A stretch of DNA of 64,000 nt from NCBI RefSeq assembly GCF_030028105.1, contig NC_092383.1, forward strand, positions 86,075,921 to 86,139,920, written 5' to 3'. The notes below the pieces were generated by a model. That model worked only from the letters and a program-made list of their open reading frames with translations. It ran no database searches and had not been told where the DNA came from. Positions 24,277 to 38,137 of this stretch are shown one piece after another. This DNA comes from Mobula birostris. Taxonomy: Eukaryota. Every line of letters begins with the position of its first letter. The first letter of the stretch is position 1. A program made the position numbers and the translations under genes.

Positions 24277-24830
24277 AACACTCTTCTGCCACTTTATTAG
24301 GTACATATATTAACCTGATCATTAATGAAAATATCTAATCAGTCAATCAGACCATCAGCAACTCAGCCCATCAAAGCATGCAGAAATATTCAATAGTTTC
24401 AGTCAGTGTTCTGGACAAACATCAGAATGCGGAAGTCATGTGATCTCAGTGCCTTTGACCATGCAATTATTGCTGGTGCCAGACGGGGTAGTAAATATCT
24501 AAGGCACTACTAACCTCCTGGGATTTTCACACACAACTGTCTCTAGAGTTTACTGAGAATGGTACGAACAACATGAAAAAACATCCAGAGAGCAGCAATT
24601 CTGTGAACAAAAGTGCCTTGTTAATGAGAGAGATCAGAGGAGAATGGCCAGACTGGTTCATGCTGACAGAAAGGTGACAGGAATTCAAATAACCGTGGGT
24701 TATGACAGCGGTGTGCTGAAGAGCATCTGAAGGTACAACACATCAAAGCTCGAAGTGGATGAGCCACAGAAGCAAGAGACCATGAACATACACTCAGTGG
24801 CCACTCTGTTATGTTCAGGAGGTTTAAAGG
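24277..24830 (+). mobile_element. Non-autonomous Tc1/mariner-like element; other copies at about 33985-34410, 38020-38950 and 55215-55275 + 59098-59445
   Basis: cagtggccactttattaggtac-type ends and a degenerate N-terminal HTH (SDFDRG..GARQG.LSISE.ADLL.FS). Confidence 0.7.
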
Positions 24831-25032
24831 CAGCAACTTGTGAGATATCTGTCACATGTTTGGAGGCTTTCAGGAGAGAATGAAATTGTAACTGGGTTCA
24901 GTGACCTGCCGTATGGTGGGAAACATTTGGCACTGATATTAATGCAGAGATAATGAGGGATGGACAGTGTCTGGCAAAGATCATGAGACATTTATTTTAT
25001 GGAATGCACAAATCAATCACTGAGAAACCTAC

Positions 25033-25347
25033 CATCATTTACTTTTAGAAGTAAATTAAATCTTGTATTGAGACCTGGTGTTTCAATTCCACAGCTGTAC
25101 CATCCTGTATCTCCAGAGTGAAGATTCTCAATTGTAACAGTAAATTTTCTCTGTTCCGGGTTATCTGTGATTGACACTCGTCCACTCCGTCCGTGTTGCC
25201 CATTTGTTTCCACTAAAACTGAACAGTGACGAGTCCATCCATGGCACCAATACTTTGTGTGTGAGCGGTACTTTTCTTCATAGAGACAATCGATTGTGAT
25301 CGCTCTTCCCACAACTCCTCTCACATGTTTCTCTGCCCACAATGCAC
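25033..25347 (-). CDS. Ig V-set exon V1 (CD300/pIgR/CMRF35-like), intact
   Basis: tcagtttcag| acceptor and |gtaggt donor, 315 nt, phase 1-1. Motifs TIDC, KYWC-x6-C (second disulfide typical of CD300/pIgR) and DTGWYSC. Confidence 0.92.
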
Positions 25348-25922
25348 CTGAAACTGAGGGAGGCATTTTCAGATTTGAGGGAAAGGAACAACTTAATGCA
25401 AAAATTATTTTTGAACATGACGGTGAAAACAGGTGCAGGTCATGTTCAGCACGTGGACCATGACACCACAGCCAATAATTTTGGTCTGAGGTGCAGTCAG
25501 TGCTGTTACTGTGTCAGCTGTGTCAGTGCTCTCTCCCCTGTGTCAGTACATTGTGGGTTCACTTCCCACTCCACTCTCACCCACCTCCAAACACCATTCC
25601 TTTTCCACCCCATTCAATTTGCCTGTTCCTCATTCCTCAGCCCTGACTAACTTGAGGACCCAGTTTCATGCCTCCCCCTCCCCTATTTACACGCTCTCCC
25701 TCTCCAGTCACACGTGATGCAGGCTCTCGACCCAAACCATTGACATTTCCCCTCCTCCTGATAGATGCTGCTTAACCCATTGAGTTTCTCCAGGAGTGAA
25801 CTCTGAACTCCAGCTTCCGACATCTTTAGTGTCTACAGGTGTTCAAGTATTGTTGTGGAAACGTTGTACAACCCCCAATCCAACACTGATTATGCAGTTG
25901 TCCAGTGCTGTCTGTAACTCAC

Positions 25923-25962
25923 CAGGTAGGAAACCAATCAGAAGAATCAATGTCCACATCAT
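25923..25962 (-). CDS. Signal-peptide (leader) exon of CD300/pIgR-like receptor, copy A: MMWTLILLIGFLP(G)
   Basis: ATG, hydrophobic 13 codons, phase-1 donor CTG|gtgagt. Joins V1 to give ...FLPGALWA. Confidence 0.85.
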
Positions 25963-27573
25963 TTTAATCACAGAGACACAGCCAGGACCTGACTGTCCTC
26001 AGAGAGAAATGACTGAAATAAAAATAAGGAAGAAGGCAGGTAGGAAGTTTGATCAAAAAAACTACAGTAACACAATTGGTGTGTTGTACGTGACAATCTG
26101 AAAAGCTTTTAGTTATATTTAGCAGAACAGGAACATGTAAACAATTCTCAAAGACTGAATGAAATGCTGAGACATGTTAAAATATTAGACACAAGCAATA
26201 GTAAATGTTCTATTCTGAAGTCAAAATAAACTACTGGAGGTGTCCTGAAGCAGGGAGTTAATCTGAAATGTTGACAACCTGATTCCTGAAGTTCAATTTA
26301 TTTTTTGCTTGATTTATAATGTTAGCTGTGGTGCGTCAATAGGGAAAGTGTTCATGGTGAAAAGTTAATGATGGAAAGAGAAAGAGCCCATGTTGTGTGT
26401 TGTGAGTGTGAGGAGAAAGTTTGATGGCTCTGGACCTGTACTCACTGGAGATTAGTAGAATGAGGGGGAGAGGGGAAATGGTATTCAAACCTATTGAATA
26501 TTGGTAGGACAAGGGAGAGTGGATGTGGAGAAGATGTTCCCTGTGATGGGGAGTTCTAGGATCAGAGGGCAGTGCCTCTGAGTACAAGCACATTCCTTTA
26601 GAATAGAGATGAGGGAAAATCGCTTCAGCTGGAGGGTGGTGAATCTGTCAAATTCACTGCCACAGTCGGCTGTGGAGGCCAATTCACTGAAGATTGTTAA
26701 GTTCTTGAATATTATGGTGATTAAAGATTAAGGGGAGAAGCAGGAGAATAAGGTTGAGAGAGAAAATAAATCAGACATGATGGAATGGTGGAATAGACTC
26801 AAAGGGAAGAATGGCCTAATTCTTCTCCTTTGTCTTTTGGTCTTATGGTCTGATATTACAGGCAAAATCTAGTGAACCTCTTGTGCAAACCCTCCAATGT
26901 TTCCACATCCTTCTTGCTATGCTGCAAACACAACTACACACCAACCTAAAGTGTGTCTTAACCTTGTTTTTATAATTTGCAACATGAATTCTCACATGCA
27001 CAATGCTGGCTTATTGCCATAAGCTCTCTTTATCAGCTACTTTACTATCTCCCTCTGTTCCAAATTTCAGGGAGTTATGGACTTACATTCCAAGATTTGT
27101 ACACCATTCTGGATCTTGCCTCGGTACCCCCAGCACTCAGGGCATACCCTTTTCTCATTGTTACCATCAGTTAGGAGAGACAGAAGCCTGAAGGCACACA
27201 CTCAGTGATTCAGGAACAGCATCTTCCCTTCTGTCATCTGATTTGTAAATGGACATTGAACCCTTGAACACTACCTCACTTGTTAAATATATATTATATC
27301 TGTTTTTGCATGATGTTTAATCTATTCAATATACATATAGTGTAATTTATTTATGTATTTATTTATACTTATTATTTCTCTTCTATATTATGTGTTCAAT
27401 TGAACTGCGACTTCTAAGTTAACAAATTTCATGACACATGCCAGTAATAGTAAACATGATTCTCATTCTGATGCTGACAATTCAATCAAATGTGTTTTGC
27501 GGAACTTGCTGCTTAGGACTGACAAATATGAAAATAGGTGTGATGTAGAAGGGGCTTTTCATGCAAACTCAGC

Positions 27574-28402
27574 TGTTACGTACCCCGTAACTGGGTTACC
27601 AAACCAACAGAAGTGGACCACTTAGTTGGAGTCTGGTTTAACAGAAACTAATAAAGTTTTATTAAAGAAATAAGTAACACAGTACTCTAATCGTAAGGAT
27701 ATAAATGCAACAAGTTAGCGATGATATAACACACATGTACACAGAACTAAGGTAATAGGAATCAACCAAGCTCTATCGCAGTCTAGGGGTAAAATGATCC
27801 CCTAGTGACGCAGAGTTCAGCTTAGCACTGTTCGCAGTAATCGCTGTTGTGCCGTTGGAGAGAGAGAGAGATAGAGATATGCAAATCTGATTCAGCAGAC
27901 CTTTGATATTCTTTGCAGTTGGCTTTCGGGCGGACCCTTTGTTATGTCTTCTGTGGTCACCGACTGTGACCCCTCCACTCCGGATACGACCGTTCTTCCA
28001 CGGTGAACCCAGCACCCAGGCAAGGGCGGACACACACACCAGGTTCCCACCGATCGTACCCTTTCACCCTGTGTGTCTATGGTTGGTTCCTGCGCCAGAC
28101 CTCCAAACTCCCACCAACTTGTGGGGGCACACTGCTCTTCCAGGGTCTCGTTATCTCGTGATCTCGTGGTGTGTGTCGTGCCTTAGCGAACCTGTTCTTT
28201 TTATCCCCCTGCTGGGGTATCGCCTGTCCATCAAACTTCAAGCAGTTCAGGTTCAAAGCAACCGGTCTGTCAATACTCTGAAATGTGTTTCTTTCTCGTT
28301 CATCTCTCTCTTCTCTCTTATTAGCATTTTGAATGTTTCTCCATTGTCTCCCTTATCTCTCTCATCAGCATCAATCTTCTGATAACTTGGTTTGTTGTCA
28401 CA
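27574..28402. mobile_element. Solo LTR (829 bp), same family as 50610-51477
   Basis: TG...CA termini, TSD cagc, empty site near 13988. Confidence 0.88.
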
Positions 28403-28478
28403 CAGCATACAGTACTCCAGTTCATTTCCTCCCCTCTGAAAGCTGTGTCTCCTCTTTGAAGGAAACTTTATAGCTCAC

Positions 28479-28541
28479 CTCTTCTGAATTCTTTTCCATC
28501 TGTTGATGCAATTTCATGAACTCTGATGGAATTTCAATTTG
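28479..28541 (-). other. Candidate 63-nt exon (phase 0 open: QIEIPSEFMKLHQQMEKNSEE)
   Basis: ccatag| acceptor and GAG|gtgagc donor. A donor lies at the homologous position near 14060 and near 38017. Confidence 0.3.
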
Positions 28542-30269
28542 CTATGGTTATATGTGAGGGGGAACCAAGTGAATGGAATTACACAGTCACAATGGAGTAA
28601 AATCCATGTCAGGTCTGTTCTTAAACTAAATCAACTCCATTTTGACAGGAAATTGTCTGTGTTAGGTAGATGACCCCTGTTGTTTCTATTTCTCATAGAA
28701 TCAGAGGGCACAGTAAATGGGCAGGTCACACTTGTCCAAGGAGAAGACATTTCTATTTTACCCAGCTCAGCTCCATGGTCTCCCTTTCTCCTAACCCTGC
28801 ATACCTTTGCTGAGATTCTCAGTCTCTAGCATCACAGTATCTCTGTTCACCAGGTTATATCTTTCTATGTGTTAGTCAAAGTGTGATCTATCCAGATTTA
28901 TGCTGTGCGATTCCCTGGGGCAGATGAAGTCTGAGAACATCAGTACAAGGAATAACAATTCTCACGCGTCACACATATTGGAGAATTAATACAGAATCAG
29001 AATACAAATCTGTTTTAATATCACTGACATACTGTATGTCTTGAAATTAACTACAGCAGTCCTAAATGGGAATATTCGATGATTACCATTGGAGCTCTAC
29101 ACAGAGTCGCCACTTACCGGCGCCATCCTGAATTTTAATTGAACAATGTTAATTGTTTAACTTTAACTTCATTGTAAACACTGGAAGATCTGCAGACACT
29201 AGAAATCAAAACCAACACACAGAAAATGCTGGAAGGAACTCAGCAGGTCAGGCAGCATCTGCGGAAATGAATAGATTTCGACGTTTCAGGCTGAGATTCT
29301 TCTTCAGGTCTGAGAAGGAAGTTGGAAGTTGTCTGAATAAAAAGTTGGGGGAGAGGAGGAAGGCTGTCTGGAAGGTGATCGGTGAAGCCAGGTGGATGGG
29401 AATGGTGGTAAAGGCTGTAAGGAAGGAACCTGATGGGAGGATAGAGTGAACCAAAGGAGAAATGGGAGGAAAAGGGGACCCAGGGGGAAGTAAAAGACAA
29501 GTGAGAAGAGGAGAAGAATGGTCTCGACATGAAATGTCAACTATCTGTTCATTTCCGTAGATACTGACTGATCTGCTGAGCTCCTCCAGTATTTTGTGTG
29601 TGTTGCTTTTGATCTCATTGTAGTGTGAGGGTTGAGGTGATGCAAGGATGTGGCTGATTTATATTTTCCTGAATTTTTGTTGTTGACTGTGCAATTGTTT
29701 ATCAACAGTTAATTTCACATTGTATATAAAGAGATAAATGATAAAATAATTCAGTATAGATGGAGACCTTTTGTAATTTTGGGTTTGTTACATTTGTTTT
29801 AGGGGAAAACAGTGCAGTATATTAGCAGTGAATGTATATCTGCTTAAATTCTGTACATTGTATAGTATGAGTGCTGACTCTATTGCATCAGTCACTGCTG
29901 TCATCAGCCTAATGTTCACCCTCAGTGAAAGATGTGGTCAGAACTTCTGTTTTCTTTAATTGTCTTACCAAACAGAATATAGAGAAGTAACAACAGATGC
30001 TACACATTGACCTCTTGCTCTGGTCTCTTTCCGCATTGCCCCATCACTTCTTGGAAAACTTCTCAACAACCATGAGTCAATATGCTGATGAGAACAAGTA
30101 CAGAGACACAAAACATCTTCAGCAAAGCATTTCTGTTTCAGCAACTAGATCACTGAATAACAATAACAATTTGATGAAGAAATGTGGCAAGATCTTTTAA
30201 CCATTGTGTTTCAACCTGATCCCAATCCTGTGCTTACCTGTAAATAGAACAGTGGGATTGTAAAACGTT

Positions 30270-30960
30270 TTCTGTTTTGTTGTTGAGAAATCATACAGAA
30301 AGTGCAGCTCTATGAGGTATTGGGCAGACTACATGCGGAAAATGGTGAACAGTTCTAACCCACTTATCTTTGAAAGGATGTGCTGTAGTTGGAGAGGGTC
30401 CAGTGGAGGTTCCTGAGAATGATCTGAGGAATGAAAGGGTTAATGTATGAGGAGTGTTTGATGGCTCTGGGTCTGTATTTGCTGGAGTTTTAAAGAATGG
30501 GGTTGGTGGGGTGGGGGTTCTCATTGAAACCTCTTGAAGAGTGAAGGGCCTAGAACTGGGTTGGAGTGTATGTGGAGAGGATGGGGATCTCATAAAAACA
30601 TTCTGAATATTAGAGGGCCTGAACAGATTAGATATGGATAAGTTACTTCACATGTAGGGGATTCTAGGACAAGAGGGCACGATTTTAGGATTGAAGGACG
30701 TCCTTTTAGAACTGAGATGTGGAGAAATTACTTTAGTCAGAGGGTGGTAAATCTGTGGAATTTGTTGCCACGAGTGGCTGTGGAGGCCATGGCATTGGAT
30801 GTATTTAAGGCAGAGATAGACAGATTCTTGATTAGCCAGGGCATCAAAGTGTATGGGGTAAAGGCAGGGGTGTGGGGATGACTGGAAGAATTGGATCAGC
30901 CCATGATTGAATGGCAGAGCAGAAAGTCCTGCTTCCACCTCTAAATCTTATGGTCTATTG
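30270..30960 (+). mobile_element. CR1 3'-end fragments (similar pieces at about 26400-26860)
   Basis: FPHVGDSRTRGH..FSQRVVNLWN-type coding remnants and CR1 3'UTR. Confidence 0.7.
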
Positions 30961-33171
30961 ATCAGTGTCAAAAAGCCAAATTAACTCCACTGTTAGTCAA
31001 TGTTATAAAACATGAAAACTTCCAAGGGGGGAGAATACCTTTTATGGGATCTGTACATGTTCTGTATGTGCCTACGAGTCTCTGAGTGTCCCTGTTGTAT
31101 CTGCCTCTCCCTCCATGTCTGCAGTGTATTCCAGGGACCCACCACTCTCCGTGTAAAAAAAACTTACCTCTTATATCTCCCTGAAACTTTCCTCTGCTCA
31201 CCTAAAATGGATGTCCTCTGGTATTGATCATTGTCACCATGAGAAAGAGGTGCTGGCTGTAGACTCAAGCTATGCTTTATACTCCACAATACAATGATCA
31301 AACCAGAGTTTTATCGAGCTGTAACATTACCTTGTGGTTCTTGAACTCAGTCTACTAATCTACTGAAGTCCAGCTCATCCTACAGCTTTTTAACACCCTT
31401 TCAAATTGTGCGGCAACTTTGTGGAATTTACAGACTTGGAACCCAATATCGCTCTGGACCTCCACATTGTAAGAATTCTGCATTAACTTTGTAATCTGCC
31501 TTCAAGTTTGATCACCCAATGTATATAACTTCACATTTGTCAGAGTTAAACTCCATCTACCGTTTCACCCCCCAGCACTTTAACCTTTCTATGTCCTCTT
31601 GTAACTTACAATAACCTTCTCTACAATCCAGCACACCGACAATCTTTGTGTCACGTGTAAACATATGTACATATGTTGGACTATTCAATTAAGTAACATT
31701 ACAGCGGCTTCTTCAGATGTACAAGTGTCCATAAATCAGGAGTTCATAACCTGGGACTGAACTGTATCGTCTTTTATCTTACACATCATTGCTCTGACCA
31801 GATCAGCTTTCAAAACTGACAGTCTTCCACTTTTTATCCAGATCTGAGGAGGGGTCCCTGACCTGAAATTGGGTTCAATGAAGGGACTTGGCAAAAAGCA
31901 TCAGTTGCTTATTCATTTCTGTAGATGCTGCCTGATCTCCTGAGTTCCTGCAGCACTCGTGTGTCTTCAATCAGCATTTTGGAATGAGATTGTAAATCTG
32001 GCTGAAAGGTGTCATAACAACTATCTCTCACTCAACATCAGCAAAATCAAACACTGCATTAGGAGCTATCCAGAGGTCTATGAGCCAGCCCTCAGCAGGG
32101 TGCTAAGGTTGTGGGAAGGGTCAGTAACTTTAAATTCCTTGGCGTTATCATTATAGAGGATCTGTCCTGGGTCCAGCTTGTAACTGTCATTACAAAGAAA
32201 GTACAGCAGCGCGCTATTTACTTAAAAGCTTGCAAAGATCAAACTGTCATCTAAAACTTCGACAAAGTTCTACAGATCCACAGTGGAGAGTATTCTTACT
32301 GGTTGCAGCATGGCATGGTATGAAAACAGGAATTGCCTTGAATGGAGAAACCTACAAAAGGCAGTGCATACAGGCTAGTCCATCATTGATATGCCCTGTA
32401 CACTGTTAAGTACATTGTCACTCTAAAAACATCATGGATCTCATGGTAGTATATGGTGACATGAATGTATTTTATAATAAATTTACTTTGACTTTGACTA
32501 ATGCAGCAGTTTGTCAAGGCCTTCTGAAAATCCAAGTAAACAACTTCCACTGACAGACAAAGTCTCCTTTCTCTATCCGGCCAGTTAATTCCTTAAAGAA
32601 TTCCAACAGATTTGGTGGGGTAGATTTCTCCTTAAGGAAATCATGCTGATTTAGGCCTATTTGATCATATGCCTCCAAGTACTCTGAAACCTCATCATTA
32701 ATTATAGATTCTAACATCTCACCAACCCACTGCAGTCTGGCTGCCTGGCCTATAACTTCCTGCCCTTGTCTCCCTCCCTTCTTAAAGAGATGAGTGACAT
32801 TTGTTATTTTTCATCCCTCTGGAACCAAACTTACAATATCATTACTCATGCCTCCATAATCTCTTCAGTTACCTCAATCAGTACTCTGGGGTGCTGCCAG
32901 GTAACTGACCCTGTTTCACAATGTCCTCCCTCCTATTTACACCATCTTCCCTTTCCACTCAGATTCAATGCAGGGTCTCAAGCCAAACCATCGACAATTA
33001 CCTTCCCCCTGACAGACACTGCTTGGCCTGCTGAGTTCCTCCAGCTTTCTCGGAACACCAGATTCTGACATATTTAGTGTCTACACATATTCAAGCACTG
33101 TTCTGGATACGATGTAAGACCCTGCAAACGAACACTGATCATAAAAATGTCCAATACTGCTTGTCACTCAC

Positions 33172-33208
33172 CAGGTAGGAAAGTAATTAGAAGAATCGAA
33201 CTCCACAT
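33172..33208 (-). CDS. Orphan paralogous leader exon MWSSILLITFLP(G)
   Basis: ATG, 12 codons, CTG|gtgagt. Flanking intron and upstream DNA are homologous to 25640-26400, but no V exon follows at the expected distance. Confidence 0.7.
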
Positions 33209-34494
33209 TGATTTATTCAGGAGGCCTGTCAGCACTTCACAGGGAGAAATTACTGTCAAATAAAAATAAGGAAGAAGAAGGCAGGAAGTCCGATCAGAAA
33301 CCACGCTGTGCCAGCTTAGGCTGACGTGTGATCATATGAAAAGCAACACGCAGAAAATTCTGGAGGAACTCAGCAGGTCAGGGAGTATCTATGTAAATGA
33401 ACATACAGTCGATGTTTCAGATTGAGACCGTTTATCAGGACTGAAAAGGAAGGGGGAAGACACCAGAATAAAAAGGTGGGTAAGGGGATGCAAGCTAGCT
33501 GGGAGGTGATCGGTAAAGCCAAGTGGGTGGGTAAGGTAAAGGGCTGGAGAGGAGGGAATCTCAGGGGAGAGGAAAGTGGACCATTGGAGAAAGGGAAGGA
33601 GGCAAACACCCAGGAGGATGTAAAAAGTAGGTTGGTTGAGAAAACAGCCCAGGTTATCAAAAGCTCATAATTATATTTACTAAAATAAAAGGTAATTCCC
33701 AATGACTGATAAAAATGATGAGAAAAATCGAATTGTGAGGCACCAGCAACAGCAGATATTATAATCTGGCACAAAAATAAATTGCTGGAGGTGTCATGAA
33801 GAGGTCCATGAGTCAGGCTTAATCCAAAATGTTGACCACTCTACATCTGCAGATGCTGTCTGACTCCCTACGTTCCTCCAGAAGCGTTTTTTCTTGCCTG
33901 AGTTAAAATGTCAGTCGTTATGAGTCCTCAAGGAAAGGGTTCACGGCAAAAAGTTAACTGAGGAAGAGAAAAGACATGATCAAAAGGTTCAGTTGTTGTT
34001 CTGAACAAACATCAGAATTGGCAAGAAATGTAATGTAAATGACTTTGGCTGCAGAATGATTTTAGTTGCCAGATAGGGTAGTTTGAGTATCTCAGAAACA
34101 GGTGATCTCCTGGGATTAGCACACATTACAGTTTCTAAAGTTACAGAGAATGATGCAAAAAAACAAATGAAAAAAACATCTTGTGAGTGGCAGCTCTGTG
34201 GGTGAAAACGCCTTGTTATCAAGAGAGGTTAGAGGAGAATGGTTCAAGTTGACAGGAAGGTGACAGTATCTCAAATAAGCATGCGTTACAACAAGTGGTG
34301 TGCAGAAGAACATCTCTGAATGCATAATACATTGAACCTTGAAGTGGATGGGCTACAACATTTGAAGACGACGAACATACAGTCAGTGGCCACTTTATCA
34401 AGTACTCCTGTTGAGGGTATATTGAGTGTTATTTTGGATGTGAGTGGAATAGTTCCCAACCCCACCCCCTGTATGTTTTCACCGGTGCAGGGGA

Positions 34495-37262
34495 TTTTTT
34501 TTGAACCTTTCAATATTTTTATTAATATTATATAAATTGCATGAATACAAATACAAAATTCATAAGGATACAATTAAGTAACACAAATTACATTACTTTT
34601 AAATCACAGTAATATGATCACAGTATCCATATTCCAAAACAATCATGTAGAAAAAATGATTGAATTATGAAATTCAATAAAATTGTTTTATTTTATTTCG
34701 TTAAAAAAATCTACCCCCACTACCAAAATGAACTGGTTGGTAAAAAAAAAAAGACCTTACCATATAATATTATAATAATAATGGCTCAGATCAATACTTT
34801 AATAGCAGTTCAAAGATTATGAAAATAACTCAGAAAGGGTCCCCATTACATTAGAAAATGATGTTTAGAATCAGAAATCAAACAATGCATCTTCTCTAGA
34901 TCACAGCATAACATAACATCAGATAGCCATTGAGCATGAGTGGGCAGGGCAGCCTCTTTCCACTTGAGCAAGATCAAACTCCCGGCCATAAGAGACATAA
35001 AGGCCAATACCTGCAAATGAGATGGCTTCAGTTTTGTAGCACTATCCGCAACAATACCAATCATGGCAGTCAGAGGATTGGGCCTAAAGCTGACATTGAA
35101 ATGTGCAGAGAAAGTTTGAAATACATCTTTCCAAAATTTTTCAGGCTCAGAAACATATGAATTAGTGTGGCCACTCCATTAGTACATCTATCACAGTAAG
35201 GGGAGATATCTGCGTAGAAACAAGAGAGCTTGTCTTTAGACATATGATCTCTATGTACCACCTTAAATTGTAATAAAGAATGACGAGCACATAATGATGA
35301 AGAATTAATCAATTTTAAAATAATCTTCCAGCTCTCTTCAGATATAAAAATCTGTAAATTCTTTTCCCAGTCTCCTTTAATTTTATCTAAAGAAGCCTTT
35401 TTCAGTCCCAATAGCAGACTGTAAATGTAAGATATTGAACCGTTGTCAAAGGGTTTCAAATTAAAAATTGTATCTATTATATTCTTATCTGGACTTGCAG
35501 GAAGTGCATGTGATTCAGATCTCAAAAAATCTCTCATCTGTAAGTATTGGAAAACGTGGGTGTTGGAAAGGTTAAGTTTTGTTGAAAGTTGCACAAAAGA
35601 AGAGAGATTCCCTCTATCAAACAAATCCTGAAATCGTTTAATACCCAATCTATCCCATTCTTTAAAAGATAAGTCAATTGTAGATGGTTTGATAAATCAA
35701 TTAGAAAAGAATGGACTCGAGAGGGAGAATTGTCAGTTAGTTTATTTAAAGATAACGGAAGCGAGGATCCAAGTAAAGGAATAATGGAAACTTTCATAAT
35801 AGAGTTGACTTCCAAAGAGACCCATATAGGACAATTCTCATGGTTAATGTAATACAACCAGAACGTAATATTTTGTATATTAACTGCCCAATAATATAAC
35901 CTAAAATTGGGTAAGGCAATGCCTCCATTCTGTTTGGTTTTTTGAAGGTGAGCTTTATTTATTTGAGGTTTTTTATTCTTCCATATATAGGAAGAATGAA
36001 TTGAATCCACAGAGTCAAAAAAAGATTTAGGAATAAAAACAGGCACAGCTTGAAAAAGGTATATAAATTTAGGTAAGATATTCAGTTTAATAGAATTAAT
36101 TCGGCCAATCATTGATAAAGAGAGAGACGACCAATTAGGAAGTGCTTTTTTAACATAATTCATTAAAGTTAAAAAAATTTCCTTAAGCAAATCTTAATAA
36201 TTCTTAATAATTGTTATTCCTAAATACGTAAATTGTTTCCTTAAAATTTTAAAAGGAAGGTTAATATCAGTTGGTATTAAATTGTTTAAAGGAAACAATT
36301 CACTCTTATGTAAATTTAATTTATATCCTGAGAACTGACTAAAATTAGTCAGTAAACGGAACACAGATGGTAAAGAGGTTGTAACATTAGATATAAAAAG
36401 CAGTAATTCATCAGCATAAAGCAACACCTTATGAATAGTACCTCTCCTTAAAATACCAGTAATCTCTTTAGACTCTCGAAGAGCAATTGCTAAGGGTTCT
36501 AATACCAAATCAAAAAGCAGAGGGCTCAAAGGACAACCTTGTCTAGTCCCACATTGGAGTTTAAAGGGTTTAGAATTCTGAAGATAAGTAAAAACCCGAG
36601 CGGAGAGAAATAAATAAAGTAATTTAATCCAATGAATAAAATTAGGTCCAAAATTAAATTTTTCTAATGATGTAAATAGATAATTCCATTCAACTCTGTC
36701 AAAGGCCTTCCCCGCATTCAGGGATGTCATGCGTTCCGATATTTCCTTAGTTGGAGAATGCATAACATTTAACAAATGACATATATTAAAATGGGAATAT
36801 TGATTTTTAATAAATCCTGCCTGATCATCCGAAACTATAGAAGATATAATATTTTCAAGTCTGCGAGCCAACACTTTAGATAAAATTTTAGTATCAAAAT
36901 TGAGTAAAGAGGTAGGTCTATATGAAGAACTGTCAGTAAGATACTTATTCTTTTAAAGAATAAGCGAAAGGGAAGATTCGTAAAAAGACTGCGGTAATCT
37001 TCCTACCTTAAAGGAATCTGTAAGGGTAGAACATAAATGTGGTATAAGCAAGGAGGAAAAAGCCTAATAAAACTCTCCAGAGAATCTGTCGGGTCCTGGG
37101 GATTTCCCAGAATGCAATTCTCGAATAGCCTGGGCAATGTCCTCCTGGGAAATAGCTTGATCCAATTGCCTACGATCATTTATCAAAAGATTAAGAATAT
37201 TTAATTGATCTAAAACATTATTAATTGCAATATTATCATTAATAAAGTCAGAACTAGACAAT
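34495..37262 (-). mobile_element. 5'-truncated L1/Tx1-like LINE (ORF2 RT to C-terminus)
   Basis: DQAGFI, KAFDRVEW, GTRQGCPLSPLLF, LYAD and ARHSLLQFKVVHR motifs; poly(T) on the + strand near 34497. Confidence 0.88.
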
Positions 37263-38137
37263 TTGGAATATAAGTGCACAGTTACCTTAAACTTGTATTA
37301 TGAATGTCTGTAATGTTCTTCACTTGTTGCAAGCTAGAGTCACGGAGTCAGAGTGTGAAAGCACGGAAACTCTCCGTTTGGACAAATCATAAATGCCGGT
37401 CACCTGCCTTCAGTTTGCATTGGTTGGAGTAGTCAACAAAATGTATATCATGCTATGGTTAGTTAATAGAACATGAAACAGTAACAAACAGGAAATGGTC
37501 TGCTCTGACTCTGGCAAATAAACTGATCCAATCTGTCTGTAATATTTTCCATATCGATCTATTCCTAACATGTTCATGTGTGTGACTAATTGCCTCTTAA
37601 ATGATATTATGATATCTCCTCCCACTATCTAACTTAGCTGTACATTCCAGGCGTTTACAACTCTGTGTACATATCTTCACTGGTAAATTCATTTATGTGT
37701 CACCACTCTCACCTCTCATATTAGATCCCTAGGAAAAAGAATTTGAGTCTCTGCCCTATCTACCTCTGCTGCTTATAATATCATAAACTTCTGTTTGATG
37801 TCTCCTCAGTCTCCAGAGAAGACAATCCTCATTTGTTCAATCTCTCCATACAGTTTATATGCTGCAATCTAGAAAATAAGCAGGTGAACCTCTTCTGCAA
37901 CCTGCCTCTGAGGAAAGAGCAGAGCAGAAAGCAGGTGTGATGAAGAAAGGGATTTTCATTCAAACTCAGCATGTAATACTTGGCTTCTTTCCCTTTGAAG
38001 GCTATGTCAGTTCTCTGAGGCAACTTTAAAACTTACCAATCATGTGGCAGTAACTCAATGCATGAAAGCATGCAGAGATGGTTAAGATGTTCAATTGTTG
38101 TTCAGACCAAACATCAGAATGGGGAAGAAATATGATC

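Larger units (their letters stand above)
1..25080. repeat. Segmental duplication, copy A (homologous to about 40367-59680)
   Basis: Position 1 (gttttgtaccttggccccagagtaacgctg) recurs at 40367. Colinear homology, including all exons, continues to 25080 vs about 59665, interrupted by copy-specific TE insertions. Confidence 0.95.

Noticed and set aside
17693-25347. V exons as rearranging Ig/TCR/NAR segments
   Set aside because: Each V ends in a splice donor with its G strand encoded, no heptamer-nonamer RSS was seen, and the C-x6-C pattern is CD300/pIgR-like.
27903-28382. 159-aa ORF, and the similar 149-aa ORF at 50886-51335
   Set aside because: Both lie inside solo LTRs, have no recognisable domain and are not conserved in frame between the copies.
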